From Candidatus Woesebacteria bacterium (GTDB taxonomy: Bacteria; Patescibacteriota; Microgenomatia; UBA8517), in the NCBI GenBank assembly GCA_016926185.1, contig JAFGPD010000027.1, positions 1 to 40,759 of the forward strand: DNA of 40,759 nucleotides, read 5' to 3'. The translations under genes and the position numbers were made by a program. Shown here one piece after another: positions 35,766 to 40,759 of this stretch (position 1 is the stretch's first letter; each line of letters starts with the position of its first letter). A model generated the notes under the pieces. The model searched no databases. It saw only the letters and a list, made by a program, of their open reading frames with translations, and was not told the DNA's origin.

Positions 35766-36788
35766 ATGGTTGACGGAAAAACTTCTGGTGTTTACAACAC
35801 CAATCAAAATGAAAGAACAGTAATTGTAAAGCAGCTGACAAAAAACTTTGAGGTTATTGAAAAGGAAAAAGGACTGACTGGGAGCATTCGTTCACTCTTC
35901 TCCCCTGCTAAAAAAACTGTCAAAGCTTTAAAAAATATTTCGTTCAATATTGCAAAAGGTGAACTCATTGGATTCATTGGCCCCAACGGGGCTGGAAAGA
36001 CCACTGCTTTGAAAGTGCTCTCCGGTCTTTTATACCCGACTTCCGGATTTGTTCAGGTTATAAATTTTCAGCCATGGGAAAAAAAAAGAGAATACCTCAA
36101 AAAGATATCTATGGTTATGGGCCAAAAAACCCAGCTTTGGTGGGACCTTCCAGCGATAGATACTTTTGAGCTCAATCAGAAAATATACGAAATACCTGAC
36201 ACAGAATATGAGAAAAACCTAAAGGAGCTGATCGATCTATTGGAAGTGGGTAGTATCTTAAAAAGGCAGGTCAGGACACTATCTTTGGGGCAACGAATGA
36301 GATTAGAGCTGGTGGCAGCGCTTTTGCACAGACCGGAAGTTTTGTTTCTGGACGAGCCAACGATAGGTCTTGACGTTGTTGCACAGCAAAGGATGAGGGA
36401 CTTCATTTACGAATACAACCGAAGACACAAAGCAACAATAATTCTTACTTCACATAATATGGATGATGTTGTAAATCTAACAAGAAGGGTAATTGTCATT
36501 GATAATGGGGAGATATTTTTTGATGGGCCATTAAGGAAATTGGTAACCGATTACGTTAAAGAGAAAACGATCACCGTTAATCTTTCAGGACAGACTGATA
36601 TTAAGGATTTTGAAACTATTGGTCAGGTTAAAAAAGTTAAATTCCCAGAAGTTGTCTTAGTGGTTCCAAGAGAGACTGCTGCAGTTGCCTCAGCTGAGAT
36701 CCTTCAAAGCTTTCCTGTGTCTGACCTGACTGTAGAGGAGGAGAAATTAGAATCGATCATTCAGCGAGTATTCAGAAGATCCGAATAA
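35766..36788 (+). CDS. ABC transporter ATP-binding protein
   Basis: GPNGAGKTT, LSLGQRMR, LFLDEPTIGLD, TSH. Confidence 0.95.
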   Translation: MVDGKTSGVYNTNQNERTVIVKQLTKNFEVIEKEKGLTGSIRSLFSPAKKTVKALKNISFNIAKGELIGFIGPNGAGKTTALKVLSGLLYPTSGFVQVINFQPWEKKREYLKKISMVMGQKTQLWWDLPAIDTFELNQKIYEIPDTEYEKNLKELIDLLEVGSILKRQVRTLSLGQRMRLELVAALLHRPEVLFLDEPTIGLDVVAQQRMRDFIYEYNRRHKATIILTSHNMDDVVNLTRRVIVIDNGEIFFDGPLRKLVTDYVKEKTITVNLSGQTDIKDFETIGQVKKVKFPEVVLVVPRETAAVASAEILQSFPVSDLTVEEEKLESIIQRVFRRSE

Positions 36789-36793
36789 ATACA

Positions 36794-37597
36794 ATGGAGA
36801 AGTTTGTAAAAATCTTCAAAATATCGGCTCAAAAGGAATTGGCTTACAGATCGAATTTTATTATGTGGAGAATTAGGAATATTTTGCAGATATTTTTGAT
36901 ATTCTTCTTGTGGGACAGTGTGTTTTCGGAGCCGCAAAAAACTATTTTTTCCTATGACAGACCAAAGATATTGACCTATGTATTTAGCCTACTTTTTGTT
37001 AGAGCCATTGTTCTTACGAGCCAAGCCACTGAAATCTCAGGACAGGTTGCAAGAGGAGATATAAGCTCCCTGCTTCTAAAACCAGTAGGTTTTTTTAAGT
37101 ATTGGCTCACTCGAGATGTTTCAAAAAAAATTATTAATGTATGTTTTGCTTTTTTCGAAGGACTGATCTTGTATCTGATCTTAAAACCTCAGATCTATAT
37201 TCAGACTAATCCGATCTATTTACTGCTTTTCATGATCTCTTTGATCATGGCTTTTTTTATATTTTATTTTCTGGTTATGGCCAATAACTCTATCCCCTTC
37301 TGGGTTCCCGAGGCTGCTTGGGGAGTCAATTTTATTCTCATCTCAGTATTGGTTGAATTTTTGTCCGGAGCAGTTTTCCCTTTAAATGTATTGCCCGTTT
37401 ATTTTCAAAACCTTCTTTCTTATACTCCTTTTCCATATCTAGTGTTTTTTCCGATACAGATATATCTGGGTAATTTTAGTTACATCTACGCAATAAAGGG
37501 GATAATTGTTTCCGGAGTTTGGCTTTTTCTGATATGTCTTTTGGTAAAGATACTCTGGGACAAGGGTTTGAGAACTTATCAAGCGCAAGGCAGTTAG
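36794..37597 (+). CDS. ABC-2 family permease (DUF990-like)
   Basis: AYRSNF, G.ISSLLLKP, LSGAVFPL; ~6 TM. Confidence 0.88.
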   Translation: MEKFVKIFKISAQKELAYRSNFIMWRIRNILQIFLIFFLWDSVFSEPQKTIFSYDRPKILTYVFSLLFVRAIVLTSQATEISGQVARGDISSLLLKPVGFFKYWLTRDVSKKIINVCFAFFEGLILYLILKPQIYIQTNPIYLLLFMISLIMAFFIFYFLVMANNSIPFWVPEAAWGVNFILISVLVEFLSGAVFPLNVLPVYFQNLLSYTPFPYLVFFPIQIYLGNFSYIYAIKGIIVSGVWLFLICLLVKILWDKGLRTYQAQGS

Positions 37598-37598
37598 T

Positions 37599-38528
37599 AT
37601 GGATAAAAAAAGTTTAAATATTACAATTCCGGACTTTTTTCAAAAGCTGGACCTTTCTAGATTGTCTGTTTTGTTGAAAAGAAGTACTTCGAAGTTTGCT
37701 CAAAAAATTAAATATTTTATTTTTAATTTTTCTTTTATTGTTGCAAGATTTCGTTATTACTTTGAGTTGTGGATGAAAATGACAAGGAACTCATTTATGG
37801 TTTTGCTCGCTCAAAAAAGATTGTTCTTCCTGTTTTTGATAGGGAAGTTATTGAGGTTTATCCTCTTTGGGGTCTTTCTGATATTTTTGGTAAAAGGCAG
37901 CGGCAGTCTTGCGGGATACTCCGTGAATGAATCGATATTTTTCTTTCTTACTTATAATCTAATTGATGTAATATCCCAGTTTTTGTACCGGGAGGTCTAT
38001 CGTTTCCGGCCGCTAGTTGTCTCGGGAGATCTTGATCTTATTATGACAAAGCCGTACAGTACTTTATTTAGGGTGCTTCTGGGGGGAGTCGATCTTATCG
38101 ATTTTGTAACGATCCTGCCTCTTGTGGTTTTATTAATTTATTTTGGGAGCATGCTTGATCCAACGTTCATCGAATTGGTTTATTTTTTGATATTGACACT
38201 TAATGGCTTGGTCATAGCCACCGCATTCCATATCGCTGTTTTGTCTTTGGGGATAATCACTTATGAAACAGATCATGTCATTTGGATCTATAGGGATCTG
38301 ACAAGTTTGGGAAGACTGCCTGTTGATATTTATAAACAACCCTTGAGGGCAATCATCACTTATCTTATTCCAGTGGGGTTAATGATGAGTTTTCCAGTAA
38401 GGTCGCTTTTGGGACTTATGCCATTTTGGGGTGTAGCCGGATCATTGGTTTTTGGATCATTGTTAATTATTTTGTCGATTAAGTTTTGGAACTTTAGTGT
38501 TCTGAGATATAGAAGTGCTGGTAGTTAG
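37599..38528 (+). CDS. ABC-2 family permease (DUF990-like); start uncertain
   Basis: SGDLDLIMTKP, PVDIY, YRSAGS C-terminus. Confidence 0.85.
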   Translation: MDKKSLNITIPDFFQKLDLSRLSVLLKRSTSKFAQKIKYFIFNFSFIVARFRYYFELWMKMTRNSFMVLLAQKRLFFLFLIGKLLRFILFGVFLIFLVKGSGSLAGYSVNESIFFFLTYNLIDVISQFLYREVYRFRPLVVSGDLDLIMTKPYSTLFRVLLGGVDLIDFVTILPLVVLLIYFGSMLDPTFIELVYFLILTLNGLVIATAFHIAVLSLGIITYETDHVIWIYRDLTSLGRLPVDIYKQPLRAIITYLIPVGLMMSFPVRSLLGLMPFWGVAGSLVFGSLLIILSIKFWNFSVLRYRSAGS

Positions 38529-38548
38529 CTGATAGTTTAAAAATACGA

Positions 38549-39520
38549 ATGAATAAACTTCTAGTCATATGCGGACCGACCGCAACAGGAAAGACTTCTC
38601 TTGCATTTGGGCTTGCAGAAAAGTGTGACGGGGAGTTGGTTTCTGCTGACTCCCGGCAGGTATATAAAGGCATGGATATAGGGACAGGTAAAGACTTGCC
38701 GGTTAATGCAAAATTCAAATATCAAAATACAAAATTAGGTGGCTACTATGAAATTGGTGAAGAGAGAGTATGGGGCTATGATCTTGTTGGGCCAACTGAA
38801 TCTTTTAATGTTGCAGATTATATCAAAGCTAGCAGGGCGATCATTGAAAATATATGGGAAAGAGGTAAATTGCCGATTCTGGTGGGCGGGACGGGTTTGT
38901 ATATTAAAGGTGTAGTCGATGGGATCGGCACTTCAGGTATTGGAAAAGATGATAAATTACGCAGAAAATTGTCTGGCAAATCTCCAAAAGAGCTTTACGA
39001 TTTACTGACAAGGTTCGACCTTGTCAGGGCGAGATCGTTAAATGAATCTGACAGAAATAACCCAAGAAGGTTGATTCGCGCAATAGAGATTGCAAAAAGC
39101 AAATCAAAAAAGAAAGATAGGAACATGGCAGTCAGGATAAAGGCAGACACTTTATTCATTGGTTTGAAGGCTTCAAAAGAGACAATTGACAAAAGGATTG
39201 TAAAAAGAGTTAAAGAAAGACTTGAAGAAGGATTTTTGGATGAGGTGAAATCACTTGAAAAGGAGGGTGTTGATTGGAGCAATCCCTCAATGAGCGCGAC
39301 TGGTTACAGGCATATAGAGGGATATTACAAGGGTGAAGAAACGAAGAGCGAGTTTATGCGGAATTGGAGAAAATCAGAAGTTCAGTATGCAAAACGTCAA
39401 ATGACATGGTTTCGCAAGGAAAAAAGAATTCACTGGTTTGACATATCCAATAGAGATTATAGAAAGACAATAGAAAAATATGTCCAGGAATGGTATTTTA
39501 AGAGTAAGCATGTTAGCTAG
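38549..39520 (+). CDS. miaA: tRNA dimethylallyltransferase
   Basis: GPTATGKT, SADSRQVYKGMDIGTGK, VGGTGLY, YAKRQMTWF. Confidence 0.97.
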   Translation: MNKLLVICGPTATGKTSLAFGLAEKCDGELVSADSRQVYKGMDIGTGKDLPVNAKFKYQNTKLGGYYEIGEERVWGYDLVGPTESFNVADYIKASRAIIENIWERGKLPILVGGTGLYIKGVVDGIGTSGIGKDDKLRRKLSGKSPKELYDLLTRFDLVRARSLNESDRNNPRRLIRAIEIAKSKSKKKDRNMAVRIKADTLFIGLKASKETIDKRIVKRVKERLEEGFLDEVKSLEKEGVDWSNPSMSATGYRHIEGYYKGEETKSEFMRNWRKSEVQYAKRQMTWFRKEKRIHWFDISNRDYRKTIEKYVQEWYFKSKHVS

Positions 39521-40499
39521 AAAAATCGAGATCTCTCACCGTACTGTAATATTCACTGTGGTCTTTTTGATCACGTTATGGTTTTTGTATCTCATTCGGG
39601 ATATCTTGCTTCAGTTTTTTATCTCGATTCTTCTAATGGCAATACTGAACCCCTTTGTCACAAAACTCGCTGAACACAAAATCCCAAGAGCCGTTTCAGT
39701 CCTTGTAGTTTATTTGTTTGTATTATTTATCGTTGTAGTTTCCGTGGCGGCTATAATTCCCTCTCTGGTTGAGCAGTCCACAATATTTGCAGGAAGGATA
39801 CCAACACTGATTGATAAAGTCGGCGCTTTTGGGTCATTCGAAGAAAGAGTGATCAACGAGCTTATCTCTTGGATAGGTAGTCTTCCTGCAAGTATTGCAA
39901 AGTTAAGTTTGTCAGTTTTATCTAACGTGCTTAATGTCTTTTTAGTAATGGTTTTTACCTTTTATCTGTTGATGTCACGAGATCAGCTAAATGAGCAGCT
40001 TGGCAGATATTTCTCCAGCAATAGAAAAGAAAGTATAGAAAGGCTTTTGGATCTAATAGAAAAAAGACTTGGCCGATGGTTGAGAGGTGAGATCGCCTTG
40101 ATGATCATGGTGGGCTCAACAACATATATTGGCCTTTTTATTTTAAATATCCCTTTTGCTTTGCCTTTGGCACTTATTGCAGGACTTTTGGAAGTAATTC
40201 CCAATCTTGGTCCTACACTCTCTGCGGTCCCAGCAGTTTTAATTGGATTAGGGATCTCCCCTCTGGTTGCGCTAGCTGTTGTTGCCTTATATTTTCTTAT
40301 ACAGCAGGTTGAGAACTACTATTTTGTACCAAGGATAATGCACAAAAGTATAGGTGTATCTCCAATCATCACATTGCTGGCCTTGGCGATAGGCTTTAGA
40401 GTTGCCGGAGTTGCGGGAGCGGTAATATCTGTACCTGTGGTGGCAATGATGCAGGTGTTGGCGGACGAATACCTTCTGGATAAAAACAAGATTGCATAA
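39510..40499 (+). CDS. AI-2E family transporter
   Basis: WLRGE, IPNLGP, IQQVENY..PRIM, GAVISVP. Confidence 0.92.
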   Translation: MLARKIEISHRTVIFTVVFLITLWFLYLIRDILLQFFISILLMAILNPFVTKLAEHKIPRAVSVLVVYLFVLFIVVVSVAAIIPSLVEQSTIFAGRIPTLIDKVGAFGSFEERVINELISWIGSLPASIAKLSLSVLSNVLNVFLVMVFTFYLLMSRDQLNEQLGRYFSSNRKESIERLLDLIEKRLGRWLRGEIALMIMVGSTTYIGLFILNIPFALPLALIAGLLEVIPNLGPTLSAVPAVLIGLGISPLVALAVVALYFLIQQVENYYFVPRIMHKSIGVSPIITLLALAIGFRVAGVAGAVISVPVVAMMQVLADEYLLDKNKIA

Positions 40500-40572
40500 T
40501 CCAAGCAGGCAGTTGAAATACTCCGGAGGATAGTAAGAATGTTTTCGAGAATCTTGTTATCTTTTATTAATA

Positions 40573-40603
40573 TTAAAAACCCACTTATTAAGTGGGTTTT
40601 TAA
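40573..40603. terminator. Bidirectional terminator
   Basis: TTAAAAACCCACTT-att-AAGTGGGTTTTTAA perfect 14-bp stem between convergent genes. Confidence 0.8.
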
Positions 40604-40608
40604 CTTCT

Positions 40609-40759
40609 CTGGAGGATAGTAAGCCAGATTCTGTTTCACGATGATAATCTGTCTCCCCGGTGAGATAGTTAAAAAACATCTCACGGGGCTTTGCTTAAAA
40701 GCAAAATGCCCTCATTTTTTGAACGTATTCGTTTGCACGAATTCAGAAAAGACACTTCA
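40609..40759 (-). ncRNA. rnpB: RNase P RNA, 3' part (runs off window)
   Basis: Minus strand reads ...AGACAGAUUAUCAUC-GUGAA-ACAGAAUCUGGCUUAC..., matching conserved regions CR-IV/CR-V. Confidence 0.85.

Noticed and set aside
1-40759. Alternative genetic code 25, introns/inteins, CRISPR array
   Set aside because: TGA terminates conserved genes (rpmJ, rpoA, map); RecA and other core genes show no intein-sized insertions; no regularly spaced repeats seen

Overview
Chromosomal window of a Patescibacteria (CPR) bacterium, most consistent with Microgenomates; the taxonomy is inferred from the missing rpmD/L30, Lys-rich r-protein tails and cohesin-domain surface proteins. Code 11, AT-rich. 1-16 kb is a fused S10-spc-alpha-rplM/rpsI superoperon that starts at rplC (no rpsJ) behind a promoter and an attenuator-like leader. 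16-20 kb holds three minus-strand membrane-anchored cohesin proteins, one also carrying a dockerin and one an LPXTG-like anchor. 20-23 kb holds isoprenoid genes (fni, and uppS fused to an unknown repeated helical domain). 21-31 kb is a dense cluster of HAD/HD/Nudix/DHH/metallophosphoesterase genes with an NrtR-like regulator, tRNA-Pro(GGG) and an uncalled 35-aa membrane protein. 31-40.7 kb holds recA, recX, rny, HU, an ABC-2 transporter, miaA, an AI-2E transporter and the 3' part of rnpB. The most notable observations are two covarying ~170-nt structured elements flanking recX, the cohesin-dockerin surface locus, and repeated leaderless-type promoters. All calls come from reading the sequence; no database searches were run.
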